Of a stretch of DNA of 64,000 nt, positions 14,801 to 28,088 are shown piece after piece; positions within the stretch are counted from its first letter, which is position 1; each line of letters begins with the position of its first letter. The stretch comes from Paramecium tetraurelia (lineage: Eukaryota), in the NCBI GenBank assembly GCA_000165425.1, contig CT868640.1, positions 253,142 to 317,141 on the forward strand, given 5' to 3'. Both the position numbers and the translations under genes were made by a program. The notes under the pieces were generated by a model. It ran no database searches, was not told where the DNA came from, and saw only the letters and a program-made list of their open reading frames with translations.

Positions 14801-17800
14801 ATCTGTTACTTAACTTGAGGAAAAATTGAAATAACTAGATGAAAAATAAAAACAATTAGAGAATTAGATCAACCAGAAACAGTAAATAACTTCTGCTTTA
14901 GAATTACAACTGTCAACCATTAATCAAGAAATACTGTAATAACAGGATAAAAAGCAGTAATTAGATTCAGAATTAAATCAATTGAGGGATGAGAATCAAG
15001 GAATCGAATAAGAAGTGAAAATCTATAGGAATCTGAGTTTGGAAGACATCACATTGAATGAATAAATAGATGCTCTGACTAAATAGATACACGAGGATAA
15101 ACAGACTTATGAAACATTATAAGATGAGTAGAAGGCTACACAAGAGTAAATAAATTTGTTGCTGCCTCAAAACAAAGAGATTGATGAGTTGAAAGAAACT
15201 GCTAAGTTGTAATATGCACAAAATGTAGAGGCTTTGAATAATTTATAACTAGAATTGTAATAGAAGATTGAGTAGAAGAACAAGGTGTTCCAAGAAGTCT
15301 CAGATACAGAAAAATATCTTGAAGAAAATAATCATGTGCTCCAAGATTTGAATGAGAGGAAGGCTAATCTCGAAGATTAGATAAAGAAAGAGGAAGTCTT
15401 AGTAAATGCAGTCAGTGCTAAATCAAAACGATTAGATGAAACTCTAGAGGCTGAAAAATAGAATTATAATGTTCTTAATGCTGAATTAGAGGATCTTCTA
15501 AAGAGGAAATAAGTCTAAGAATAGGAATTGGCTAAGGCTAAGGAGGAAATTCAAAAAATGCAGGCTGATTAAGAGTAGTTATTACAATAATAATAACAGT
15601 TCAAGAATTTGAAGGAGTAGATTGAGTAATACAATAAAGACATAGAAATAAATCTTAAGATAATTCCAGAAAGAGAGGAGTAATTAGTATAATTGAAATG
15701 TATTATTGAAAAGAAAGATGAAGTATTGAGTGCTACTTAGGCTGAAGTGGATAAATTAAATAAATAAATTGATGAAATATAGTAAGATAAGGAATAAAAG
15801 GAAAAGGAATTGGAAGATCAAAGTAATTTAGTTAAGAGCATTGAAGAATAAATCATAGATAAATATTAGAGAGAAAAGGATTTAAAGGATTAATTAGACT
15901 CAATATAATTGAAGGATCTTGAGGCTGAATTGAATGAGAAGATGGAACAATCAATGGCATAGTAGGAGATGCTAGATTCGATCGAGTAGTTGAAACAATA
16001 GGTCTAATAATTGAGGGACGACGAGACATAACTTAAATAATAGATTTAAGGATAAGAAAGTCTGAACAACAGTAAGAAATAGGAATTAGAATAAAAGTAG
16101 TAAGAGAAGATTGAATTAGAGTAAGATCTTCATTCAGCATCTGCTTAAATGGAAGAAATGAAATTTTAATTGGAAGAGAAGAATGAGCAATTAGATAAAT
16201 TGAATGATTAATTCAAGAAGGTAGATGAGGACTCTAAGATGATGGAGGCTGTTCTTTAGTTGAAGGAGAAGGAATTAAAGTAACTATAAAAGAAGAAAGA
16301 AAATCTGATTGAGGAATTAGAGAGAATTAATAATGATGTGGTTGAGGCGTAGAAACAATTGGTAACTCAAAGAAAGAAACAAAGATCCTTAGGAGCAGAA
16401 CCTCAATAATAGGACGAGAATATGGAAGAGGATATTCAGGATAAGATTACTTCTTTGAATTCACGTAATAATAATTTGAAGGATGATCTTCAGAAATTGG
16501 TAGAGATGAGTCCAGAGCCAACAGAAAGGAAGCCAGAGGAATAATAGGAAGTTAAGGATGCTCCTGCTCCTGTTCAAGTGTCTCAATTTGCTCCAGATAG
16601 AGTGTAGTAAACTTTGTAAGATAGAGATAAAAAGATAGAAATATTGGAGATGACTATTTCGACATTACAATAGTAACAACAAGAAAGAATGAGTATGATT
16701 CCTTCAATGTTCTAATCTAAGTTGTCAGTGTAGCCAAGTTTCTTTATGGATGACGATCCCTTGTTATTGGAATTGTAGGATAAATTCACTAAAGAAAGTG
16801 AATTGTTGAAGGACTTACAAAACAAAATCAAATAGACTGCCGAGAGTCATTATGCCTTATCATTATAATTGAAGGACTGGGCAGAAAAGGAAAATAGATT
16901 AGCTAAAGAATTAGACACAAGAAGATAGAGTGTAGAGTAAATTGAATTTGAACTTTAGGCAGTCTTTGCGAAGTAATCTGATTTAGAATCTGAGAAGGTC
17001 AATGTTTTACAAAGAATTTACTCGTTAGAAGTTGAAACACAAGATTTCTATGAGTAAGAAGCCAATACTAAAAACAAATTGAAGGAGAAGAAAGATTACT
17101 TATAAACACTTTACAAAAATCTGATTGAGAGTGATCAAAAGCTTTTGCAATTGAGAAATAGAATGGCATTGTATTCTCAAGAAGGAAGACAATTGGCTGA
17201 ATAGGTTGAGAATTTAGAGAATGAAAAAGAGAACAAATAGTAACATTTGTAAGACATTTAAGCAGATTTAGAACATGTCGAGATGGAAAAACAAGAAAAA
17301 CAAGCTTTAGTTCAATCGATAGCCAAAGAAATAAGTGAAACCCAATAAGAAAAAGATAAATTAGAAATTCAATATGCTACAGTTCATAGCAAGAATCAAC
17401 AATTAAAGAGTTAAATCGGATATGAGGAGGCCTTTTATTAGAAGTTACTTCAAGAATTGGAGATTGCTAAAAAGAGAGACCAAACCAAATTTCAAAATCT
17501 ATTCTCAGATGGGTCTACTTAAACTGAATATGACTTAGAGTAATTTGAAAGTTTATCGACTTGTACACAGTTGTACAGGATTACTAAGGAAGATGTATAT
17601 TAATTGAAAGAAAATTGCAAACAACGATTGATTCAAATCTATACTAATGAAAATGCCAACATTTAATAAACTATCAATTAGAATAAACACCTATAGAAAA
17701 TGATTCATTTACAATAAATGATAATATAGATTTAAGAGAATGAGAACGTGAATTTAATTGAGTTTTAATCAAGAAGATCATCAAGGTTGGGATTGAATGT

Positions 17801-18128
17801 AATGGATTTATCAATTTATAATATGAAATTGGATTTGGAATAAGTACATTATTTGAAATATAATTCTAGATTGACTTCATGATGAATAAGACTAAGTTGG
17901 TTGAGGTTCACGTGAGTGATAACTAAATCGTAGTGGCAGATACCAAGATAGCACGACAATGGATCGTGGATAAATAGTTTGATTATGAAAATTCCCTTTA
18001 TCCCCTGGGTGTATTGAACATCATTTACAAGGTATTGCTATGAATCTATTTAGGTATCACTCTATCAAGTAATTAATATTTCATTGACTGGAACAAAGGT
18101 GCTAAACTTATATCAAAATTTATTGTGA
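8854..18128 (+). CDS. Giant (~3,060 aa) Q/E/K/L-rich coiled-coil protein with a dispersed internal repeat
   Basis: ATG at 8854, intron ~8930-8955, then a ~8.9-kb exon open in code 6, two short introns near 17844 and 18032, TGA at 18126-18128. Heptad-like composition; no globular domain recognised. Confidence 0.85.
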
Positions 18129-18183
18129 GATCAATAAATATATATATATATTAAAGTAATTGTAAATATTTCATTTTTTAATA

Positions 18184-19728
18184 ATGAGTAGCAATAGTAA
18201 AAAGAACTCTTCAAAACCAGAAGAGGAATACGAGGATGTTGGATATTTTTGTGGCTGTTTTAGAAAGAAGAGTAAGATGGAGCCGAGTAAAACCATGCAA
18301 ATTTCTAAGGTTCGGCACTCCATGAATAGATCTGATTTGGATGGGAGTAAACATTATGCTTCTTCTTAATTGAACTTATTAAATTCAACTAATTCAGAAT
18401 CCCAAAGAAAAGTAAGTGTTGCATCTCCAATAGTTAGTAGTTTTGCAATCACAACTTTTGAAAACAATTATTTGCAAAATTAGTTATTCTTGCTAAGAAA
18501 TAATTAAAGTGGAGAATCTATATTTGCCAAGATAACTCAAATTGATTTGCAATCAAAGAAAATGCAAAATTCAGATTTGAAAAAATCAAGACTTTTTGAA
18601 CAGAAAAATGACACTGAATAAATTCTAAATACCAAATTTCCAGAATTGACTTCCAAATACATTGCCTCCAGAATAAAGGAATAAATCACGACATTGGCAG
18701 AGTATGGTTGCGGAAATGGTGAAAATACAGTTCAAGTATTATACTATTAATAAATTCAAGTTTACAAAATACTTAGACTTTGTAATTGCTATTGATAAAA
18801 ACACTAATGCTTGTTTGTAGACCAAATTAAATTGCGATCAGACTACCTTTAGTCAAGATTTACCAAATCCAAAAGTGGAAATAATTAATGCGGACATTTT
18901 CAAATTAAAAAAGAATCTTCCATTTGATAGCATATTCATCAATCCGACCATCAACAATGATCAACCTATCTGCAAAGATATCTTGAAAGAATGTAGTCCG
19001 AATCTTAAGGAGTTATTAAACCTAATATCAGATCAAATAGAAAATCTGATCATTCAATTCCCAGCCTAAATCGATTACTCCTAATTGCCCCTACTCTTGA
19101 ATATAAACTAACAATATAGAAATAACAATAAATAGCAATCTTTCATTGCTCATTGCTCATTAGAAATTGAAAAAATTTACATCTAAGGCAAACACATATA
19201 CAATATTGTGTATTATGGAAAAGTAGCTAACATTTCAAGGGATGAACTCAAATAATTATTAACTATGTAGATGTCCAATTCAGAAATAAACAAGGAAGGA
19301 TTTAATAAGGTCGTGGCTAAATTAAATGACAAAATTGGTAACATTATTACTTATTCCATTTTAGGCAGCTTAGACCTTATATATGAATTATTACAAGCAC
19401 AAAGTTATAAATATAGTTTTGACTAATTTCTAATAGCTGTTTGTGAAAAATATAAGTTGGATTATAATGATTATGCGTTTATGTTATATCAGAAGCTATC
19501 AAAGTATCATTAAGTCATAAAAATAGAGATTATTCATAAAATACCTTCAATTGTAAATTAAGAGACTCAAACAATGGCATTCAGGAATCACAGGAATTTG
19601 GCTTTAGTCCAAAGTTTTCCTATAGTTTGAATGGGTTGTCATAGAAAGAAGAGGATTGCATAGCAGAAAGCTCAGATAACCTAGATTTGATCGGACTTAG
19701 TAACGGAAAAGCAAATTAATGTAAATGA
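18184..19728 (+). CDS. Divergent class I SAM-dependent methyltransferase, TGS1 (RNA cap hypermethylase)-like
   Basis: FPELTSKYIASRI...AEYGCGNGENTVQFTKYLDFVIAIDKN...EIINADIFKL...FDSIFINP follows the TGS1 motif order; introns near 18736 and 19504. Confidence 0.6.
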
Positions 19729-19731
19729 TAA

Positions 19732-22197
19732 TCATTTTATATATTTAAAAATCAGTTACCTTAATTGTTCAAATTTTACAGGTTTTATTAAGATTTCTTT
19801 CATTCCACTTTCTAATGCTTTAAGCAGATTGTTTTCAGAATCATAGGCAGAACACATCACTATATTCAATTTACTATCAATCTATAGTAATTATACAGAA
19901 GTTTAATATCCATTCAACCCAGGCATCTCGATGTCCATTAGAATCAATTTATATTGCAATAGTTACATTTTCTATCTATTTTTAACTCTATTAATAGCGT
20001 CTTATCCATCATACGCCATTTCACTTTCAAATCCTAGGTTCTTAATTAATAAATTTAGAGACAACAAATTGAAAGGCACATCATCACAAATAAGAATTGG
20101 AGGATTCTAATCATTTTAATGCTATCTTTAAGTAAAGAAGGTTTAGTTCCATAGAGGCATTTAATGATCTTCAACGGTGATTCTTTCATCATACAAATTT
20201 CCTGATTCAGGAATCTCATCAAATCTTATAGTAGATCCTTTGAGAGATCTGGAACTGGAATGCATCTGGTTATTAATTCTAAAACTAATTTTAGTATATT
20301 CGCCTTCTTTGCTTCTAATTTTGAAATATGACTTTTTGGAATAAGACAATTCGTGATTCATTTTCATTCCAATTGAAAACCCTAGTCCTACATATTTGGT
20401 TGTGAAATTTCTCAACTAATAGAAGATACTATCATCAACACTTGCATTAACGATATTATTGATTGCCTCTAGATCTACCTTAGAGATTCCTTTGCCAGTG
20501 TCATGAACAATAAATTTAATGAAATTAATCAATCCTGAAGGCTTCTATTTTTTCTTGGCTGTAATCGAAATTGTATCATCTAATTCAGTAAATTTTAATG
20601 AATTATTAATAAAATTGACTAATAATTGAAGTATTCTTTCAGGGTCATTATTAATTTTGATATTTTCCAGACCATCTGCAATTTGGAAATTTAATTTAAT
20701 CCCTTTACTTTAACATATGTCTTAATAATATTCCTCTAATTGATTGTATACGTCCTTAATCAGAAATTCTTGCATATTTAAATGAAATGTGCCTAAACCA
20801 AGGGAAGCATAATCTAAGATATCATTAATTTAATGCATAAGTAATTTATTAGAAACAATTGATGGATTAATATATTATTGAATTAGATTTTCTTAAATTG
20901 GTTGATGTTTTAAGGCTTATAATAAGTTTAGTGAACAATTCAGAGGAGTTCTTAATTCATGAGAAAATGAATTAAAATATAAGGTTTAGAATTTGTATTT
21001 CTAGACAAACTATTATTATTTCTCTATTTCACTGACATCTTAAAATAGTGTTAAATAGCAATTTTAGTTGAGTAGGTTTATCAATTTACAGAAGGTTACT
21101 TCGATGGTTTTTTCATGATTGTTTGTGCTGAAATTAACTGTTAATTTGTTTGCTTTAACAAAACTCCTGTGTTCTAAACTACAGTTACAGATATTATTAC
21201 AGAGATGAAGTTTGTGATTCACTAAAAAGTGATAAAAGCAACTATTTAAAATCATGTTTGGATAAGTAATTTTTTTTTTTTTGTTTCTTATATTAGAATT
21301 ACTATTCTAGTATCTTCTCACTGAGGGATTAGCATCGTTTTAGATGCTTTTCAGCAGAGGCAATCAATGATTCAATCATTTTACCGTCTGCTTTTTAGGG
21401 TAATTGCTTTTGTGAGGCACGACACTTGATTTCTTTGTGCAACTTTGTCAATGACTCTTCCTACTCCAAACCCCTAGAAATTCAATAAAGATTTACTGTA
21501 ATATCATTTTTTACAACTACAGCATGGCTTAATCATCAGTCTAAGCCATCAATATCTTGGATGCCTTATCATTGATGTACAATATATCCAAGTTAGTTGA
21601 AAAATATATTATTCCTTATTTAATGTGATTCGTAATGTAAATTAACTCATCTTTTTGTATGAGATCAATTTTCCTATTTGACATGATCTACTCTGCTGGT
21701 ACTGTAGAATAAGAATATAAAACTTCATGTGATGTAGCATGCTTGTGTCTTAATTATTGTAAATTCACCAGTTTTATCAGGATTATTAATATCGAGATTA
21801 AGGTTGTGATAATATACTGATGTATGAAGGTGTTATTGAGTTGAATCTCTACCATACAATACACTATTGAGGAATATTGTAAATATTTGTGTTGTTGTGT
21901 TGATTGTTCTTAATACAGCAATAGCAAATATATGTAAAAGTGATAAGGATCTAAGCTTGAAAAGGCTTACCTAATTTCTGAAGCCAATTATACTTGATAT
22001 AACAGTTACAAACAGAGGGTAAGGAGGGAAACCCTAATTTTGTAGTGGATTAAAAAATGACATATCACACTGACCAAAGCTATTGAGAATCTTATTGCTG
22101 CTAATGTTTAGGTGATCCCTTAATCTGCCAATAATATGCTGGTTGTAGCATCACATCCAATTAGCAAATTAATTGAAATGCTCAAGTAAATATTCAT
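19732..22197 (-). CDS. Hybrid sensor histidine kinase (TM - PAS-like - HisKA - HATPase - receiver)
   Basis: H-box FNSFSHELRTPLNC, N-box LVNFINNSLKFT, G1 VHDTGKGI, G2 VGLGFSI, receiver ILICDDVPFN...LMDIEMPGLNG...IKPV. Two 22-23-nt introns resolve apparent frameshifts. Confidence 0.9.
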
Positions 22198-22718
22198 GAT
22201 TATTTTATACCAAAATTATATCACGTTAAATAATTTAGAATGGAATCAAAGCCACTGCTCCTCTAAAGTACTTAAGTTTAAACACAATTCAGAAATCACT
22301 ATTCAAATTTATTGAGCAAAGTAAAAAAAATATGAAGAATTAAGATTGTCAATAATAATTTATTTTTATCATGATATGCCAGGAACCATAAAAGAAATCT
22401 GAATAAGATTAAGTAATCTGACTCACATTTAAATTTATAAATATCATAAGATTATAAATAAAATATCAATATCACTTGACATTAGATTTCAATGAGTTAA
22501 ATCTATTAGGTAAATTGTAAAATAAACGAAAAAGATCCTTAATATAGTAAATAAATTCTTTTGATAGTATCTACTAATTTGAGATATATCAAATTGCAAT
22601 TTCTACTATAGGAAATTTAAATTGACTTTCTATCATTTACCTCTTCTTTGTAATTAAATAAGTTAAATTGATATATAAATTATATTGAATATACAGCAAA
22701 TAATGACATATAACATCA

Positions 22719-24589
22719 TCATAAAGCTAAAAACAAAGCTATAAAACTTGTTACTAACATTAATGAATATACTCGTAGTTCGCAAAACCCTGCCACTAAT
22801 TCATGCGTATCTTCACATAATGTGCATACATCTAAAGCCGAACATGTTGCACAATTTGCAGGACAACCAATACAATACATGGTTAAATCATTAGCAAAGG
22901 TGTTTGCTGGACAAGTCTAAACACACTCTATGCCATCTCTGTATGTGGTGCAAGCCTTTTCACATGCTCTTCCGGCATAACCAGGGATACATGTGCACTA
23001 AAATATTTAACTAAATATGAATACCACTCCTCCTAAACAGTATCCTTTCTTATTACATTAATTTGGACATTCATTCTTTGATTAGCAGATATCCTCTGGA
23101 TTATCTGGGCACATAAATCCATATAAATATTTATTATCGTCGAAACTTGGAATTGAACCTCCATCACTACAATCATATGTAGTTCCATCAACAATAATGC
23201 TCAGTTAATGATCCTCATCGCAAGAATATTGAAAACAACTAAATCCAATATAAAGATAATCTCCTTTCTTTGGCAACCCTCCTCTAATACACATACTATC
23301 ATATCCAAAATGGAAGTTGGTTCCCTAGAATACCTTTGCATCATAGTTGTCAGCATCCCTGCAATCTAGGTCCTCAATGATATAGTAATATGGACATTCT
23401 ACAAGTCCATCATTTACGCAAAATCCTATCCCTGTTTATGCATATGAACAGGATAAATGATTAGCTACGTTATCTTTTTCATCGGAAGGATCGTATGGAT
23501 TTTCGCAGAATTCCTCATAAGTAGAATCAGAATAGCATTGCTGCTAATAAAAATCACATCCCTTATCCAATCCCCATAACTAAACATCAGAAGCATGTTT
23601 GGTCACTCGATAAAATCTAAAATTAATGTTATTGTTTTATACCCTGTATCTTCTAAGATGGCAAATGTAAAATCAGTAAATAGAGTGTTGCCTGATATCA
23701 TGGAGCCTGTCATCAAATCATTGTGAAAGATAGACCTTTCAAAATGTGATCCAGCAGTCCCCCTACCATTCTAATCTTCCATCTAATATTTAAATTGATT
23801 AAGATACAGTTCCACCAAACAAATCACAACATCCAAAATGTTTCCTTGCCAACTGAGTCAGCCTTGGAGTTGGTAAGTCTATCTGTTGATTCACTCGTTG
23901 GTATACAGTGAAATCATATTTCTAACCAGATGTACTATTGATATAGTTATCATAGAGATTATTAGTGAATCCTAAGCCATGGATTGTTTCATGAAGTACT
24001 ACCTGTACTGCAGCTTCAAACTTTGCATTTGTTCCCTTTAAAAAAAATTATTCTATTTGTACCTAAAATTCCAGCATATAGTGGTTATTCAATATCATCA
24101 ACCCAAAAATTGGTCTACCTGTTTTCTCATCAAAAATCACAGGTCCAGCTCTCGCAACATATTCTGCATCAGCATCTGTCTCTTGTGCAACAAAAAATAC
24201 CTAAAAAATATATTCTATCTTATTACCAAGTCACTGTCATAACTCTTCTGGAGTGAAGCAGGTACAATAATTAGACCCCAATCTGTTTCATATGTCGATT
24301 TCCATTCCAAACTTCCCGTTTGTCTTTTCACCAATAAGTGTCTTCCAAAAAATGTCTTAATTATTTCAAGAACTGTCTCAGTCTATTGAATGTAATCTGC
24401 AGGTGGAGTTTCAACATATTCAAAGTGTATTCTTATGGGTTCCCAAGAAGTTTTAATATCCTCAAGATTTCGATCTCTTCGATTTTCTCTTAGCTTTTAT
24501 AGTAGCTTCATCTAAGATGGTAATTTTATATTCAAGTCCTATGAAGCAGCAAAACAAATAGTAAAATAGAATAACAAAAGATGTTTCAT
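22719..24589 (-). CDS. Leishmanolysin/GP63-like (M8) zinc metalloprotease, probably GPI-anchored
   Basis: Signal peptide MKHLLLFYFTICFAA, VLHETIHGLGF (HExxH), GTAGSHFE, Met-turn DLMTGS, Cys-rich EGF/furin-like tail, hydrophobic C-terminus; several short introns. Confidence 0.92.
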
Positions 24590-24690
24590 CTTTAAATTAA
24601 TATTTAAATTTTCAAGGTATATAATTACTTAAATATTAAAAATTATGTTAAAAATTTATATTTAAAATTATATAATAATAATTCATTAAA

Positions 24691-25680
24691 ATGTTCGAAA
24701 ATTCTCATACTAATAATTAATTTTCATTCCACTCTTCCAATAAATTCAAAAAATTAACCAAATTAGAACCTCTAATAAAATAAATCAACCAAGTTGTCCC
24801 TCAAAATACTTCAAGAGGAAGAAGCTTTAAATGCTATTTATTTAACGTAACTGCAGGATAATGCAAGTTTAGAAGGAAAACTTGCACATGTTCGGATTGT
24901 GGGGGGACAAATGCATTCGTTGAAAAATAGAATGCTTTGTAACCCATCACTTACATAAGAGCTCATCATATAAAAAAGAGAAAGAGGAAGATGCATCGCA
25001 ATAAAGGAGGTGGCAGACATCTATCAGCCATGATAACAAGAGTCCCTCTTAAAATTGAGGATATTACGAAGCTTATTCCAAAGCGAAAGGAAAGAAAAGC
25101 AAAAACATTACTACAAAATTAATTTATCGAATAAACATTATTAAAATGCAAAAGACTATTAACCAAAGACGACTGTGCTATTGGCTATGAATACTTTTTT
25201 GCAAACGAATTGAAAATTGCCTATTAAACTAAAGAATTTTTGACCACTAGTACTTTTGAAAAGACTCCCACATAGGCAAAACAACAAAATTTTGGAGTAA
25301 CTGTGAGTCAAAAAACAATAGATGAATCTCAAATAATTAGTGCAAATAATTTGAATATTAATCAGAGTCAAGTCTTAAATACTCAACTTCCTAGAGTAAA
25401 CTATAAAATTAAACAAAAAACTTCACTCCATAGTCCTAGAGTCTATCAAGGCATTCTGTAATCACACAATCTTAAACCAAACAGGACTGTTGATAAATAT
25501 ATCTCTCAAAGCACTCATTGCTCACCAACCAACATCAAATTGCCATTGATTAGTTAAAAGCAAGTAACCTAAGCAACAAGAAAGAAATCCAATCATACTT
25601 ATTTGAAAGGTTCTCCTTTGAAATTATTGCTTGAATTAAAATCATAGATTTTATTATAAAAAAAAATGAGCAAATAATGA
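24691..25680 (+). CDS. Hypothetical basic protein with a RRKTCTCSDCG motif
   Basis: Intronless 329-aa code-6 ORF from ATG to TGA; K/Q/S-rich low complexity with one Cys cluster. Confidence 0.75.
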
Positions 25681-25719
25681 GTTTTTGTTTTTTAACGACT
25701 ATTTAATACCTGTATTATT

Positions 25720-26200
25720 TAATGAATATCAAATTCTCTATTTACACACCCATAAAAATCATCAAAATATATTAAATTAAGTATTATCATACAATCTTTA
25801 CCCTGAACTATCTAACAAATGGTTTGATTATCTTAATGAAGAATATCTTCAAGCTTCTTCCATATAGCAACTAAATCACCTAGATACATACCATTTTTTG
25901 AGATTTAATTGATAATTTTTGTAAAAATCTATCATTTAACTTTGTGATCTTTAAAGATGATGTTACATGACTCATATTCATAATATTTCATGATGTAAAA
26001 ATACCTGAATTTTCAGTATCGAATGAGAAATCTTACCACCTTTTTAGGAAGAATTTGACATAGAAATTGCTTAATTAATGAGTCTGAGATTGTAAGAGCA
26101 AATCAATAGAGATCATTATAAACATTGATATAATGAATAAATCGAATTCCATATCAATGATCCATTGATCTGTATTGAAAACAATAAATAGTTAAATTTC
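25720..26200 (+). pseudogene. Probable decayed coding remnant
   Basis: Protein-like stretches (NLYPELSNKWFDYLNEEY..., EILPPFQEEFDIEIAQLMSLRLQEQ) interrupted by several in-frame TGAs. Confidence 0.35.
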
Positions 26201-26229
26201 TTTATTTTATTATAAATTGTCCTAAGTAT

Positions 26230-26806
26230 ATGCAATAGCTACAATCTCGGATTAGAGCATCATCAGTTTAAGAACAAGGGGAACAGAGAGCCAAATTACC
26301 AAATATATTGACACCTACATTTGCAGATTGGAAAATTATTAGTGATGCTAGGGCTCATCCTTAGATTAGCAGGAGGAATCCTCTCTTTAAATTTGGTTTA
26401 ATTCCACCAAAAAAGGCAGCTACTCCCTCATCATTTGGCAACCAAAATCCTTAAGATTTTAGAGGTCTCAAATCTGAGGAGAAAAGTCAAAGAATGAAAG
26501 AAATAATTGTTGAAGATAGAGTTAGCACAACAGAAACAAATAATCTTTTATAATTTAAGTCAGATAAAAGATATTTTCAATTGCGAAATCTATCTGTAAG
26601 CGGACCCAAACAAAAGAATCAATTAGTATACCTTAAAATAATATTTTCAGTTACTTGAATGCAAATAGTTATTCGACAATCAAAAAAAAGCTTTTGAAGA
26701 AATAATGAATAAAAACAATTTATATAATAAATATTCTAGAGTAATAGATAAGGAATAATCCATAACAAATTAGAAAATAATGTAAATTTTTAACTTTTAT
26801 AAATGA
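26230..26806 (+). CDS. Hypothetical protein
   Basis: MQQLQSRIRASSVQEQGEQRAKLPNILTPTFADWKIISDARAHPQISRRNPLFKFG...; one 25-nt GTA..CAG intron near 26626-26650; ends in TGA. Confidence 0.6.
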
Positions 26807-27463
26807 AATATCTACATATATCTTATTAAGTCCTCCTCCCTATACATATTAAACACATCTTATAAATATATATATAAATAAAGGAATAATCGCTTTTATA
26901 AATAATAAGATTAATATTTATTTTATTTACAATTCTTAGATATATAATAAAACTTTGGTCATTTTCTTAACTCAGCTTATCAAAGATTGAAGATATAAAA
27001 CATTTGTTATATAAGCTTATCCGTTAATAAGAACAATTCATCAAATTAAAATGGGCTATAGATATAAGAGTTCTTAATTCTGATGAATTTCATATGATAA
27101 GTTGTAAGCATCCTCAAGTTTTTATAGTTGAGATATTGCTGTACAATTTTGAGACAAAAATTAGAAACTTAGGAATAATATCATTATTTATCCGATGCAA
27201 CTATTTTCATCCAAATATTAAGTATATTTTGAGTCTAAAATTAATGATGTCAATTTCAATAATTATTCCCAATTATAAGGTTTCAGTGATTTAATTAGTG
27301 AAATTGAGACTGATTATCACTAAATGTGCTTGAATTATTAATAAATACTCTTTTATGTTATTAACAAATAAAATGGTTTTATGATTAATTTTTATTGGTA
27401 AAATAGGACTTTCAAAAATGGACTTAACATAATATATTCTAAGTTATAATTTGTATATATAAA

Positions 27464-28088
27464 TCAGTATATGGTTTGGAAGAATGGATTAGGCTTTTGA
27501 TACTCCAAATCGATGGCTTTTCTTGATTTGTTATATTTACCAAAATATTCCATGCATGTAAATGTAAATCTTATATTTGAGATGAGATGAATACCTAATG
27601 TAATTTCCGAATTTAGCTGTTCTTAAATACTCTCTTGAAATGCCTGTCTTGGCAAGATCATCAGCATAGACGAATAAGTCTGAGCCATCCTAGTCCATAA
27701 CAATGAATCCATAATTTTTATTTTCGTCGAAGAACTTAAGGTATCCGGTGCTTCTATTCTTTTTGGGTTATTCAAGAGCGAGTTCTTACAGTAGTTGAGT
27801 GACAGAAACTTAAGAGTCTTAAACAAAGCGATTGCATTCCTGAATGATTTGATCTCCTTCGATGTTGCTCTCTTCGATAAGTTGCTACTTATACTAAAAA
27901 GATAGTGTCAAATATAGTACATAATTTTTAGGATATGAAGAGCTCTTCTTTATTTATGGGGGCTTATGGACTTGCTCCAATTTGAATGTATCATAGTCCA
28001 AATCATTTTCACTAATCATAGTCGAGAAATCCTTGAATTCCGATCTAGATGGAGACAATTACAAATCGATCAACTTCACAGGGAACAT
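27464..28088 (-). CDS. Cold-shock domain (CSD) nucleic-acid-binding protein
   Basis: RSTGYLKFFDENKNYGFIVMDQDGSDLFVYADDL (RNP1/RNP2-like) ...KAIDL; two short introns. Confidence 0.88.

Noticed and set aside
21115..21500. Apparent frameshifts in the first histidine kinase
   Set aside because: Resolved by 22- and 23-nt GTA..TAG introns; not programmed frameshifting or a pseudogene.
25900..26130. Multiple in-frame TGAs as selenocysteine or Trp readthrough
   Set aside because: No redox motif or recognisable SECIS; intact genes here use TGA as stop, so decay is the simpler explanation.
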